From: Octopus vulgaris
Lineage: Eukaryota
Reading direction: 5' to 3'
NCBI GenBank assembly: GCA_951406725.2
Contig: OX597814.1
Location: forward strand, 134,726,001 to 134,790,000
DNA length: 64,000 nucleotides
Each line of letters opens with the position of its first letter. Position 1 is the stretch's first letter. Positions 25,298 through 38,584 of this stretch are shown one piece after another. The position numbers and the translations under genes were made by a program. Below the pieces are notes generated by a model that searched no databases, was not told where the DNA came from, and saw only the letters and a list, made by a program, of their open reading frames with translations.

Positions 25298-28184
25298 ACA
25301 ATTTAATGGATATGAAAAGTAAGAGAAATTACTGTCAACTGAGAATTAATATTTATTTTACATAGTAATTAATGAACAATAGCATTACTAGGTACAAGTT
25401 TCCAAAGAGGACAATCGCTTTAATGTATTTATTTTATCACAAAGGAGTTGTTTAGTCCAGAACAAATATCACAAGAGGCTTTGTTTGACAAGTAACATTT
25501 CTCAGATTGCTCATCAAAGACTATATACAATAATGGACTTATACAATTTTCATGTACCAAAGTCTACTCACCACGAACTGGTTTGTCTGAGACTACAGTA
25601 GAGGATCCTTTCCCAAAACATGCTGTACAGAGGGATCAAAGTCAAAACCAAGTAGTTGCAAAGCAAACTTCACAACCACACAATGTCTGTGGTGGATGTT
25701 AAAATAAAAAAAGAGAGAAAACAGCAAATGTAAATCCAGATTTATTAACAATATTGATCAAAACTTTTGACTACATTTGTTGCATATTAAAACTGAGTTT
25801 ACCACTGATTTTCTTTCCAATAATTTTTAGTCTTCATAAAGTCATTAGTGGTAAATTCATATCTTCATAAATTAAAACTGCTACAATGAAGCCATTATAC
25901 AGATATTCCTAAAACAAAAAAAAAACAAAAAAAATGATAGTTATTCAACTAAATGATAAAATAAGTTTTTAAAATGTCTTTTGTAAAAAAAATAAATATT
26001 ACTAACAGCATATCGACATGAGGAAACTTGAATCCTAAAATGAGACAAGTAATCAAATTGCACTTTCAGATCCCAATAGATTTAAAGCAAACATTGGTTT
26101 CATAATATTACTTGGTTTTCAGTTCTAGTGAAGGTTGTGATGAAGCAACAGTTTTCACAGTAGCCATAGTATAAATACAGATAAAAATACTAAACTATAT
26201 GATGTGGAGTAAATGAAAATCAGCAGGGATGTCATAATCTCACAATTATCAAAATGTCAAAAAAAAAAAAGTTAACAAAGAAAATATATTTATAAATTTT
26301 CTTTTACCCCCATAATACTTTTCTTCACTTGTCGATTTAATTTCTGCTTGTTTATGGTTCTTTTTATTCTAGATTTAGTAGATTTTGATGGTTGAAATAA
26401 AATAGCAGATCAATCTATTACAATATTAAATCTAACCAGAAAGTAGTTGAGTTGAAATTCCATTTGTTTTTTTTAATGTATACACAAGTAATGAAAAATT
26501 TACACAACTAAGAAGTGAGTCTTGTAGCAAAGAAGGATTCCATGCAGAAAGTTCTCGTTAACATAAGGAATAATTTTTATTATTAACACCCGCTAGTCTT
26601 CAGATCAACTATTAAGAAATAATCTGAAGCTAAAGTGAAACTTACGAGTAGCATAAATTGAAAGGTTAATAAAAATTTGATGTTCTTTCTGCCAAAAACT
26701 TGAATACAATTGATATTTATTTTCCATCTTCCTAAGGTCATGCCAATGCAAAAAAAAAAACAAAAAAAAAAACAGAACACCTGGCAAATACCCAAATTTA
26801 CTTAGACATGAACCTAAATCTTGATGCCGTATGATTTTATTCTTTTTGAAATCATTATAAGCTCAAATTAGAGACCAAACCATAAACCCCCTTGAACCTG
26901 AAGATCTCTTAATACAAACTAAATAAAATACTAAATTAAGAGAAAAGTGATATATACAAAAGTATTTGTCTCTAATTTCAGTGGAAACTGGTACTTAGGC
27001 AAGCCACTGATTATTGCATTTGCTTACATTTTCATTTTGACTTTAAACATCAGAAATATTAATTTGCATCATCTACAATAAAACTGAAATATTTTCTTTC
27101 AGTATTATCAGTATACTATGAGAGAAAACTTTCAATTTTGTTTTCAGAATTAGCTGTTATTACCGGTGTCATGAAACTGTTAGAAAAGGGGATGCAGGGA
27201 AGTTATTTAATTTACTTTTTGTAACTAAAATTAAGTGCCAAAAGTTGCTAATAACATCTGTTCAAAAAGAGATCTCCATGTCAACTTATCATCATTTAAC
27301 ATCCATGTTCTATGTTGGCACAGGTTGGATGGTATGACAATCTGATGAGTACGAGGATTGCTTCATGCTCCAATGTCCGCTTTGGCATGGCTTCTACAGT
27401 TGGATGCACTTCCTAACACCAACCACTTTACATTGTAGACTGGGTGCTTTTTCATGCCCGCTTTCACAATTGAGACTGCCATACAGTTTACAGGACTACA
27501 GACTTAAGAAGATCATCCTCTTGTTAGGAGATGATGGATTATTATGAGAGGAGCAGATTCTTATTGAGGGATCTGCATAGCTATTCATATCTAGCAAGAG
27601 AAAATGATTAGTAGGAGCTGCAAGAGATTGGCAATGAGGTGCTCAGGTGGTGCCACAAGGCACAAGCTGAGTAGAAGTTGGTGGACGGTTTGCATGGGAA
27701 GGAGAATGAGGGGATTGGAGCAAACTGTCAAAATGGGTAGAGTTGAAAATAATGAGCTGGGGAAGATAGAGAAATGACATAGTTGAATAGTCTTTAGGAG
27801 CCAGTGGTGGTGGTGGTGAAGGCAGGCATAATGCATGTGAGGAGAGGGAGAGTCATTGTAACATGGGTAGAAAGCACTTTCAGAACTGTTCTGATGAGGA
27901 GGAGTCTTTTGAAGGACCACGGATCACTAGAGATCTCAGTCCTTAGTCATCTTTTCCATTAGGCTCAGGGTCCTGAGGTCAGCTTTCAGCATTTCATCCC
28001 ATGTCTTCCGCTTCCAGAAACAAATAGATAAAGTTTAGTTTTTGACAGCACAGCCACAAGATAGCTTGAGCTTTGCTATCAAGTAACTTCATTGTGAATT
28101 GTCTTATCAGGGTACAACATTTAAGCTATCTAAAATATTAAGCACATGAAAATGATGTTACAAGGAGTCAGTTATAATACTTGC

Positions 28185-28207
28185 TCAACTGCTTACCTGT
28201 ATCAAAC
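28185..28207 (-). CDS. CHCHD2: CHCHD2 candidate exon 4: either GLIQVSS* or an 11-nt microexon (28197-28207) spliced onward
   Basis: ctttattag|GT TTG ATA CAG followed by gtaagc (strong donor), or read-through GTA AGC AGT TGA. Confidence 0.55.
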
Positions 28208-28300
28208 CTAATAAAGTTATGAACACCATTAAATAACATAATACTGATACAGTGGAAAATTTTTGATGGGTGTTAAAAAACAAATAAAAAATATATTTAC

Positions 28301-28538
28301 CATTTTGTTGCTTGCATAATTTAATAGCCTCATTAAATCCTGAACATAAAGAGATATCATTTTGATTTTGAGCACATTCCATAAATTGCTTGATTTCCCA
28401 TTCACATGTATTTGCATGTGCGGATCCTGCAGGTTGTGGGTAAATTGGTTCAGGAGAAGCTGCTTGCTGTGCTGGTGAAGCAACTTCATTACTTGAGCCA
28501 CTAAATGATCCAGTTAAAGCATGTCCCACTGTGTGACC
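28301..28538 (-). CDS. CHCHD2: CHCHD2/CHCHD10-like, exon 3 (twin CX9C CHCH domain)
   Basis: ttctag|GHTVGHALTG...CEWEIKQFMECAQNQNDISLCSGFNEAIKLCKQQN G|gtaaat. Confidence 0.95.
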
Positions 28539-29273
28539 CTAGAAAGATTGTAAAATAAAGCAATTTTAGTTTTTTTTTTATTTTCCTATCATTTAATAAA
28601 GCCATTAAATTTTATTTACAATAAAAGGAATAACTGAAGTTCACAGATTATAACTGTAGTTTTAAAGAACAACAAAAACAAACTACCCTGCACTAATTAT
28701 TTCTATTGCTTCATTCCAATAACTTGGAAAAGTTCAGAACTTTGCAATCAGTAAGTGTAAATTAAAAATCAGGTAGCAGAAGAATAGGTTTTAATAAACA
28801 GAACTGTTTAAAAATATTTTTTTTAAATATTCACTTAAAAAGTTGCCTTATTTAACTGTTGAGCTAATTCATTACAGTTTTAGCAAATTACCATGTAGAT
28901 AAAAAGTTTACTTCACAATTGTGATTCCAGGTACAATCCTGCTGTGCAGAACTTTTAGACAAGTGGTTTCCACCATAGCCTCAGAATAACCAACACCTTG
29001 TAAGTGGAATTTATTGAAAGAGGCGTGTGTGCATGAGAGAGAGAGACTTTGTTCTTGTGTCCAGGCTAGCATGGGTTACACAAATACACATCACAGATAA
29101 GTGTAAACAAAAATATTTAGTGGTATTTGTTTCATCCAGGTTACACATACACACTTGGTCATTCTTGTCATCAAAATGGCTCATTGCAAACTTGTTTAAA
29201 AAGATATAAAAATACACAGTAGATTGCAACACTTTGGTAAGAATTCATAAAAAGTACGAAACAAAATACTCAC

Positions 29274-29418
29274 AACAGCAGAGCCCACAGCAACACCTGC
29301 AGCTGTGGAAGCCATGTGTGCAAAAAGTCCTGGTTGTCGAGGAGCTGCAACTGCAGAAGGTTGAGCAGGAACAGGAGCTGGAGCTACAGGCCTGGAAATA
29401 GGAGCTGGAGCCATTGGC
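29274..29418 (-). CDS. CHCHD2: CHCHD2/CHCHD10-like, exon 2
   Basis: ttttcag|G CCA ATG... encodes PMAPAPISRPVAPAPVPAQPSAVAAPRQPGLFAHMASTAAGVAVGSAV, then |gtgagt. Confidence 0.95.
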
Positions 29419-30979
29419 CTGAAAAGTATTTGAAGAAATAAATGAAGCAAATGCAATCTCTGCCCATAATGGAACTAACTAATCATAAGTCATAACTAGA
29501 TGAAAGCAAAGCTGTGTGGGTAAAAAACTTGCTTTCTAACCACATGGTTTTGATTTCAGACTCACTGTGCAACACCTTGTAGAAGGTGTCCAACAGAAGA
29601 TACTTGAACAAGTGTCTTCTGCCATGTAAGTCGAGTAAAAGGAAAATGAAAGATATCCATCATATGTTTTACATTTGAGTTTTCCAAAAATCCCTTACTT
29701 CAAAAGCATGTAAAGGTTAATGACATGAAATCCATCCAGCTTTAAAACAATGCCTCAGTAATATATTTGTTTAGCCCGTGCTAATGTGAGAAAGACTATT
29801 AAAATACCCAACAAACATAATTTATGTGACATATCTGAGAGTAGCAAGCAGTCAGGATACTAGTGAAATAAATTCTAAGGTTTGAGAAGGCTTCATAAAA
29901 TTATTTGACAATTTCTGTTACTGAAATGACTTAATCAGCATTAGAGGAAGGTGTTCTGAAAGTATAGAAGCCAGAATAAAAACAAGTAGAGAAAAGTTCA
30001 GGTAGCTATTAGCAACAAAGGAATTCTACTTTCAAGTGAGAAATAAATAGTATGATGCATGTTTACAATATATGAATTTGAATGATAGCAAGACATGAGC
30101 ACTGAATGCAAAGGATGGGTGAAAGAATGTTTAATGTCAATGATGGGGTCCAATCAAATTGAGAGAAAATCTGAATATAAGAATTACATGTCATGTGATA
30201 TGGACATGTAATGCATATGCATGATGATAGTTGGATAAAGAAGTCCAGGTGATCCAAGTAAAGGGGAATAGTGACACAGACAAAGGTAAGAGCCGAAGTG
30301 ATGCAAACTTATCTCAAGATACTGAACTTCATAAAGGAGATGCCAAAAGAATACAGGTGGGAATATTCTGTATTGGAGAACACCTATCCAGCCTATTCAA
30401 GCAATGATAATGATATACATTAGATACAGTTTACAGGATGGATTTTTAGTTACAAGTTTCACAGTTGAATGAAATAATGCCCAAAAATAACATACATCCA
30501 AAAGGTAATCATCCTAATTACACATAAATATCACTGAGTGAACATATTCAGAAGTAATTATGAGGAATTGAGATTAAGGTATTTGCCTGAATAACCTTTC
30601 TGGATGCATCCTGTAAACTCATCATTTAACGTCTGTCTTCCATGTTTGGCATAGGTTAGACAGTTTGATAGAATTCAATGAGCTGGAGGACTGCATTGAG
30701 CTCCAATATATGCTTTAGCATAGTTTCTGTGGTTGAATGCCCATCTTTATGACAACCACTTTACAGAATGCATTCAGTGCTTTTCTTCATGACGTTTTCA
30801 GAGACACGAAGGATGAAGATCATGATACAGGCAAAAACAAAGAATATTAGCAGAAATATTGTTAAAGCTTATGCCACAAAAATATGCACTTTTAGTCATT
30901 TAGTGTTCATCTTTATTGTTATCTTCATCGAAGTTGATCAAAACTGGTTTGATTGACAAACAGCTATAACACAAATAGA

Positions 30980-31400
30980 TCATCATTAATGTCCACTTTC
31001 CATGCTGGCATGAGTTGGTCAGGTTGACAGAAAACTGTTAAGTCAGGGAGCTGCACCAGGTTCCAATTTGATTTGGCATGGTTTCTACAGCTGGATACCA
31101 ACCATTCCAAGAATGTAGTGGGTGCTTTTTACATGCCATTGCCACGACTACGATCTCACTTCACTTGACAGGTCTTGACAAACACGGTATATTGTCAAAG
31201 GTCTCGGTCACTTGTCACTGTCTCTATGAGGCCCAATGCTCGAATGGTGCTTTTTACATACCACCGGCATGGGTGCAGGTCAGACAGCATTGGCATTGAC
31301 TACAATTCCACTTGGCTTGAGAGGTTTTAAGCACAACATATTGCCCAACATTTGAAGGGCACTTTTTACATGACAGTTATGTAACACTGGCATCGGCCAT
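30980..31400 (-). mobile_element. RTE 3' UTR fragment
   Basis: catcattaatgtccactttccatgctggcatg... tail and repeat units. Confidence 0.7.
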
Positions 31401-31681
31401 TTAAATGAAACTATTAAAACTATAGAATACTATTTCCAAGAAAAAAATGATAAAAAGTTGTAATTCTGAAATTTTTAATGCAAGTTATTTTTTGGCTGTT
31501 AAGTTTATTGTTTGTGTAATAAAAGAAATTGTTAATACACTAGCAATAAATCAATTGATTATATACATAACTTGGAAAAAAAAAAGTTTGAATAATAGGT
31601 CTAGCCTTCAAATTGATAGAACCCACTAAAGATGATTTGCTGATATTATTATTAAGTGGGCAATAGAAAACATTTTATTAA

Positions 31682-34104
31682 CACTTTGACTGCCAACTAC
31701 AAGTTATCTCGTAGTTGACAATCTATACAATTTTGCCAGGTACAAGCGTACTCGTAGAGGTCAATTTTATAGTAATGCGCTTAAAATGAACTGGTGTCTG
31801 GAACTAACATTGTATGTTGTGGAAACACTAAAGACACCCTTTATTTGCCCAATGATACGAGTTAACTCGTATTATGGCACCTGCCAGGAAATATATTTGG
31901 TAAAACATCTATATATATATATATATCAGGTATAAGAAAAAAAAATTTCCTTTGTCATTTGTTGCAATTTTTTACATTTGGGTTGTAATAGCATATAAAA
32001 GTTTAATTCTTCTAAATTGAAATACATTATAACAAGAAAAATTGAGCGTAAAGTGAAAAAAATACATACAGAAAGATAACTAAAAATATTTTGTTATTGA
32101 AGCTTACAACTGGAACCAATTTTTATTTCTTTTTTAACTAATTTGAAATGAAAGAAAACAGTTTTATTCAAAAAATTATAGACAGAATGTCAAATTATTC
32201 TGCGTGGAATGCCTTGAAACACTTTTCTATACACAAAGCTGGTTTCTCTGGGTATGCAGCATAAGCGTACCTAGTTTCTTTACGAAGTTTCTTTCGTGTA
32301 CACACCCTGCATAGTTTGGTTGGCCTTTGTTTCTTTTCCATAGGTAGAATTGCTTCCAAGTAGTAGAAATCTTCTACTGCTGGAACTGGAGTTTCTTTCC
32401 ATATATGTTCACCAAGCACATACAGCACTACATTATCTCTAAACTTTACAAGTTTCATTTGAGTGTTTTCTACTTGTGGGCATTATGGATGAGAATTTCA
32501 AAGACATGTAGACCAATTTTCTTGTACCAACGGAGTGTTTTCCGAGGAGAATAATAATAGGAAAGCATTTGATCTGATCTATCTACTCCTGACATACCGT
32601 TGTTATAATCTCTTACAATACTGGGCTTTTTTTAATTTTTTCTGTTACAATTTATCACGTCTACCATTTCCACTTGGTGCATATTACTAATTGTCTTCCC
32701 AGTTGCACACAACTACTTCGTCTGATCTTATCCATTCTGATTCTTCTTTCTTCAACTTTTTTTTTTTACCAAATCCTTCGGGTTGTCTTTTCGGGTAAAC
32801 CAAGAGTTCCACACATATATATATGTAGATCGCTGTGACATTGCTTTTGTCAAGGGAACAGAGTTGTAGTAATTATCTGTGTACAGAATATAACCTTTAT
32901 CAAGGAACTCATCCATCAGACTAAGCATAACTTGACCTGAAGAGATTAGAATTTTTTGAACAATACCACTTGATTCACACAGTTCATACAACTTTACACC
33001 ATAGTTATGTCTCTTGTTCTTTATATACTGGTGAAATACTAACTGACCATGCCAAAGTACCATGGACTTGTCAATACAAACTTCTCTCTCTGGGATACTC
33101 TTTTACTCTTTACTCTTTTACTTGTTTCAGTCATTTGACTGCGGCCATGCTGGAGCACCACCTTTTAGTCAAGCAAATCGACCCCGGGACTTATTCTTTG
33201 TAAGCCCAGTACTTATTCTATCGGTCTTTTTTGCCAAACCGCTAAGTGACGGGGACGTAAACACACCAGCATCGGTTGTCAAGCAATGCTAGGGGGACAT
33301 ACACAGACACACATACATATATATATATATATATACATATATACGACAGGCTTCTTTCAGTTTCCGTCTACCAAATCCACTCACAAGGCATTGGTCGGCC
33401 CGGGGCTATAGCAGAAGACACTTGCCCAAGATGCCACGCAGTGGGACTGAACCCGGAACCATGTGGTTGGTTAGCAAGCTACTTACCACACAGCCACTCC
33501 TGCGCCTTTATGTATAATTCTTTCATAATATTATTGTAATATATAAGAACGGGATTAATTTTATACAAACGATTACCATTATTTTCTTCATTGTTTGAAA
33601 AGTGAAGAAATCGGAGCAGCAACCGAAAACGATTCTGACTTATTATCGAAGGAAAAAGACGATATTTGTATAAAATGTTAGTGGACCAATAACTTTCTAC
33701 AGATGGTTTGGGACATGTACCCATTTATAACATGAGGCCAAAGAAACACTTCGTTTCTGTCACATTTGTTGTGTCACTCTTTGAACCAGGATGATCTTCG
33801 TACAAGACCTTGCTGTTGATCTAATATCTGCATAGCATAAGCATTAGTTTCCTCAACTAATACAGTCCAAAATTCATCTGTCAGAAATTGGTTGATAACT
33901 CCTCCTATAGTGTTAAGTTCAATCTTCAATCCTAGAGTTGCAGTGAAGGGAAAAAATTAAGTGGATTTATCGCTGCATTTGATCAAGTATTAGATGTACC
34001 TATATACCACCACACAAAATATTTCAGCTTTCTGATTTGAGAAAGTTAATAAAATCCTTTTGGCAAATAGAAGCAGATCATATCAATATCCTGTGGCAGG
34101 CGTG
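31682..34104 (-). mobile_element. piggyBac (PGBD4-like) DNA transposon fossil
   Basis: TTAA at 31678-31681 and 34105-34108 with TIR-like CACTTTGACTGCC / GGCAGGCGTG; RNRF.LLLRFLHF, IDKSMV, YIKNKRHNYGVKLY, YTDNYYNS, GVDRSDQM, C-terminal CRVC...LCIEKCF..FH. Confidence 0.9.
33103..33504 (-). mobile_element. Young full-length tRNA-derived SINE inserted in the piggyBac transposase
   Basis: GGCGCAGGAG head, A-box TGGCTGTGTGG, B-box GGTTCAGTCC, central (TA)/(TG) tract, (GAGTAAAA)-type tail; near-identical to 63688-63991. Confidence 0.92.
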
Positions 34105-34149
34105 TTAAGCTGGTTTTCATCAAGTGTTCCTATATGGCTTAAGACGGCA

Positions 34150-35300
34150 TATTAGAGAAGGAATAATAGAGCCGAAAAATTACTTTTAGATTGTTTGGCC
34201 GTGGGTCAGCACTGATCAGGTAGGCCTAGCTCAAAGTCATTCTGGTCGTGACCACCCAGTCTTTTTCCAACGTTTAAGAAACAGATCACATTACCTAACA
34301 TATCAAGACGTGCAGATGCCATTTGAGGTAGATTTGGCTTCTTTTGCTAGCAAGTTGAATAACCACGTAGAAGCTTGTAGTCTTGTTGGTTGAAGTAAAA
34401 CGCAATGGTGAAAAAAATTGTTGTAAATGCAGCAATTCGACCTGGTCGACAGTCGTTATATAACTATTAAATATGACCATCTTGACAAATGGGAGAAATT
34501 TTGATTTAAGCACACCAGAAAATTCCAAAAAATATAGTTGAGGAGTTATATAGTATGCTTAAACCAGAATTCCGCCGACAAATGATGGATTCCAATAACA
34601 ATAGTTATGTATAAAATACAGTGTTTGGTTGTATTCAATAAAGACATGTCCTTATATTTGCTATTACCATTGTTTAAGTAACTCATAATTCCAGATTGTT
34701 GACTGAAAGTGTATATGCACCTCAACTGCTTATATTACGCAATTACATAGGAAGTTACGTAAGTAAACATGTTGAAATACTAAGTCCCAGAGCTAATCAT
34801 TGATATAACAAACGAGGGAGCCTCTACGCAGTTGCTCGATATGCTAGAAATGGTAGCTATAACTCCCTCAAATCACCTTAAAAGTGTAGCACATGTATAT
34901 CATAGGAAAGGAAAAGGATAGTTTTTTCTTTAACTTTTTAAAATAGTGTTCCCGAGCTTCATACGTTGGAAATCTCGATTATTTTTACATTTTGCCCCCA
35001 ACTTCTGTTATTCTCTCTCCATGCGGTATGAGATTCCGACTAATGATGACCTGTAGCTAAACGACAACTACCCGAAAGCTTCAGAAACACATGAAATCAC
35101 TCCTTGCTAACCAGAGAGCAAGGCTCATCGTGGTCACCCCAGATGATGGAAATATCAGCCAAATCACAATAAAACCCTAACGTAAAGCTGTTGGGGAAAG
35201 AAATGATCCTGAGGAAAAAACTGCAATTGTCATGGTTAGACTATGCCTTTGATACTAAGTTTGCTCGATCACACCTATGACATGACGCCTGTTAAACCTA
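34150..35300. repeat. Cluster of a diverged short interspersed repeat (core ...cttgctagaaatagcagccaaatctccctcaaatc...)
   Basis: copies near 34150-34380 (-), 34810-34890 (+) and 35100-35300 (+); also near 7060-7225, 38280, 43830-43975, 50145-50320, 57610-57790, 60790 and 61525. Confidence 0.6.
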
Positions 35301-36503
35301 AGCATACTAAGAGATTGTTATAGTTAATCGATTTTACTCCATAACACGTTTTAAAACGAACATAATTTACACATGCCTTTAAAATTACACGAGTTGTTTA
35401 TTTTGCTGCAGGTGAGTTCTAATCGATCTATAAAAGATCCAGGACCATGAATTTATTATTATTTTTTTTTTCATCATATATACAGAACCACATTAACCAA
35501 TGGAACCTTCCTTTTCTTAAGACGGTAGGTGTGATTCGTGAGATACGGCTGTTATTTCCACCAGAGCCATCGATTACGCAGATGTTTCGTCAGAGAAAAT
35601 TGTTTTATTATACTGAGATTATTTTAAGCAACATTTGTTCCCCAACAAATCCATTTTATTTTATTGGATAAAAATTTTTTTTTAAATGTTTTGTTACAGA
35701 GTAAGGGCTAAAGGTTAGGGTTAGAAGATGTCAAAAAATAGGACTGGAAAAATAAGATAAAAATAAATACAATGAGAGCTCAACAAAAATGTAGAGTTAT
35801 TATAACCAAATGCTATTATAATCTAATGATTAGTAATGATTAACTGAAATCTTTGAAAATTGATTAAATTAGTAGTTTTATCATTTTGAAATTTAAATAG
35901 TAATATCTAAAATATTATTTTTAAATATCATTACTATACGAGAAACTGTCCTTTAAGCGTGGTTTATGTGTAGCTGATCATCATCTTGAGTGATTGCTTC
36001 AAATCGAAATTCGAATTATAATACATTGCTGACGCAATTATTGTTAACGTTAACTAATATTCACTATTTCCGGGTAATTTATTCAAATACCCGTGAAAAA
36101 TCTGAGTTTAAAAGAAGAAAAATAATTTTCAAAAATTAATCAAGAAATACAGTTTTCACTAACACATGTACTAATTAGATACACTATATTTCCTATAATC
36201 AATCAGGAAAAAAATTATTTGAAAGAATACAAATAAGTAAAAAGGTACTAATTTGTTAAATTTCGTACCCATTTTTTTTTTTTTTTACTTGCAAATGAAC
36301 TTAAAGGTTAAATTGAGAGTTGAGTGACCGCCAAGTATCTTTAAAAACAATTGTCAACAAATATTTCAACAAAGCGAAATTAGAAATAAAGGACACGCAA
36401 ATCCACGTGCCATCTATCAAAAAATCAGCGAAAAAACAATAAGAATTGCTCCTAAATTTATATAGGGTTTACAGAAGGAAATGAAAATAGTTTTTTCATT
36501 TAC

Positions 36504-36535
36504 CTGGATGACATTGAACGTCCTCGTCGCGGCAT
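36504..36535 (-). CDS. CHCHD2: CHCHD2/CHCHD10-like, exon 1
   Basis: Minus strand ATG CCG CGA CGA GGA CGT TCA ATG TCA TCC AG|gtaaat = MPRRGRSMSS(R), the typical N-terminus; phase 2 fits the next exon. Confidence 0.88.
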
Positions 36536-36619
36536 CTTGGAAGCAGTTTTAAATGCTTTCAAAATTAGTGGAGGTTAAATATTCTCTCGTTTTCTAGAGC
36601 TGAGAGGAACTAAATTCTG

Positions 36620-36644
36620 ATTGGATATATTTTGTGACGTCACA
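36620..36644 (-). promoter_or_regulatory. CHCHD2 proximal promoter: CRE palindrome plus CCAAT box
   Basis: perfect TGTGACGTCACA at 36633-36644 and CCAAT (minus strand) at 36620-36624, about 90-110 bp upstream of the ATG. Confidence 0.6.
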
Positions 36645-36816
36645 TCACTGGAGCAAATTCTAGGCCTTATCCGAGAAATTTTGTGTTTAAGAGAATGTAT
36701 TACGAAATAATATGATCGTAGGACGTAATTTTAATAACCATTTCAGTTCTCAGATTAAATAAGTGCTGTTGAACGTAGAGTTAAAGGTGACCTTTTATTT
36801 TCAGTTCTTAAAGCAA

Positions 36817-37159
36817 TCTTTTTTAAGATGTCACCTCACAAATGCTGTAATAGCTAATCCCTTGATCTTTCACCTTCGGAACGAGCCGGTGAATAGCAGT
36901 CACGTAGTCACTCGGCTTGCTAGAAATGGCAACGAGTTCAAATATTTCAAGTTGGTAGCATTCTAAAATATGTTCTTAAGAAATACAATATGTAGCACCT
37001 TATCCCGTAGTCCGTTCCGTCTTATGATTTGATGGAGATTTCGTTGCCATTTCTAGCAAGCCGAGTGACTACGTGACTGCTATTCACCGGCTCGTTCCGA
37101 AGGTGAAAGATCAAAGGATTAGCTATTACAGCATTTGTGAGGTGACATCTTAAAAAAGA
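36817..37159. repeat. Near-perfect inverted repeat, 119-bp arms, 105-bp spacer
   Basis: 36817-36935 is the reverse complement of 37041-37159 with 1 mismatch. Confidence 0.95.
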
Positions 37160-38584
37160 GCGAGCTTTTCAACATCTACATTCGTGTGGTGGACATAAAA
37201 AAAGGGTTAAGCTCTTCATTAATCGAGTTTACAACTTTACTTTCATCCGTTAAAACTATTTCATTTAACGTCCGTCATTAATGCTTTTGGCTTGTTTGCA
37301 ACTGCCCATTTCCCTTTTGTCAAGAAATTCCAGACAAATTTTCTTAACCTCAGATTCCCCTATAAGATAGTAAATCCTATGGCCCAGCTTATTCTACCGC
37401 CACTCACAACAATAATGTTACTAAAAGGTTGAATAGAATCCTTGGTTAAAAGAATTCCAGATAGTTGAAAAATGATACCTGGAGGTATCCGAAAATTTTC
37501 AGGTATTGTGTCGAAATGAAACAATGCGGTAATGACGAGATTTTGACACGTGTTACAAACTATTTGACTAATGACTTAGTATTTCTGTGTATTATCAAAG
37601 TTGGAAATATAATGAAATGGTATTGTTCACTTGTTTATTCGAAAGCGTCGAGATAAACAACAGTTTTATCAGACGTTTAGTTCATTTAATCAATTATACC
37701 AAATATGATATCTTACGTCAATGTTAGCATTTCACAATTAGTGGTCTCATGGGTAAGCATATTTTAAAAAATTGTTTCTGACAGCCAAAACTATAATTTG
37801 TTTCATTAGCATTTTCTAATTTTAACAATGTTATATATTTTATTACATCGAACATCGACAAGATAGGAAATTTGGATACCGTCTTATAAGATTTATGAAT
37901 CGAAGAAAAGAATCACAATATAAGAAACAGAAAACTAGTTAAACTGAATTAATACTTTGAGCAGGTTTCTAATCCCAATGGGAGCCATTCAATGTCCTCG
38001 GAAAAGGTATTATCACGGCATCATGAGTATTTCCACTGTCATAATTTTGATAAAGGATTATAATATTACCTCTAAACCCTATATGTTTGCGCTTTTTTTC
38101 CTGTGATGCATACAAACTAAAATAATGAGAAGGGTGTAAGTGCGGGAATGAAATGTGCTTAGAAGGTGCACACTCAAGTCCAATACAGGATGTTCAAAGC
38201 GTTTTCATTGCCCCTCCTCACAAAAAAAAAAAAAATAAAATAAGGGTATGCTTGCACCCCACGTCCTCGAGGAGAGGGTACTTTTACCTGTTAGAAATAT
38301 CAGCTAAATTCCTTCAAATAACCCTGCCTTAAATGAGACACAGTAGATAATATTGTTGTTGATACCTTAGAAACAGAATGCCAATCCTTTTTTAATAATA
38401 AACTACAAAAGCCTAACCAATACTAGGTGCAACAATATTGCCTTCGTCCACGTTCTTGAGGGTAATAGATCAATGGCGTCTGACACATGATAGCAAGTCT
38501 CTGATATCACTAACCATATAGAAACCGTTCTTGTGACTGTTGAGAAAGTAGAGAGAAACTTAAATGCTTTGACGACCTTATTTT

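Noticed and set aside
33440-33504. tRNA-like sequence with A and B boxes
   Set aside because: SINE head without a full cloverleaf; not a tRNA gene
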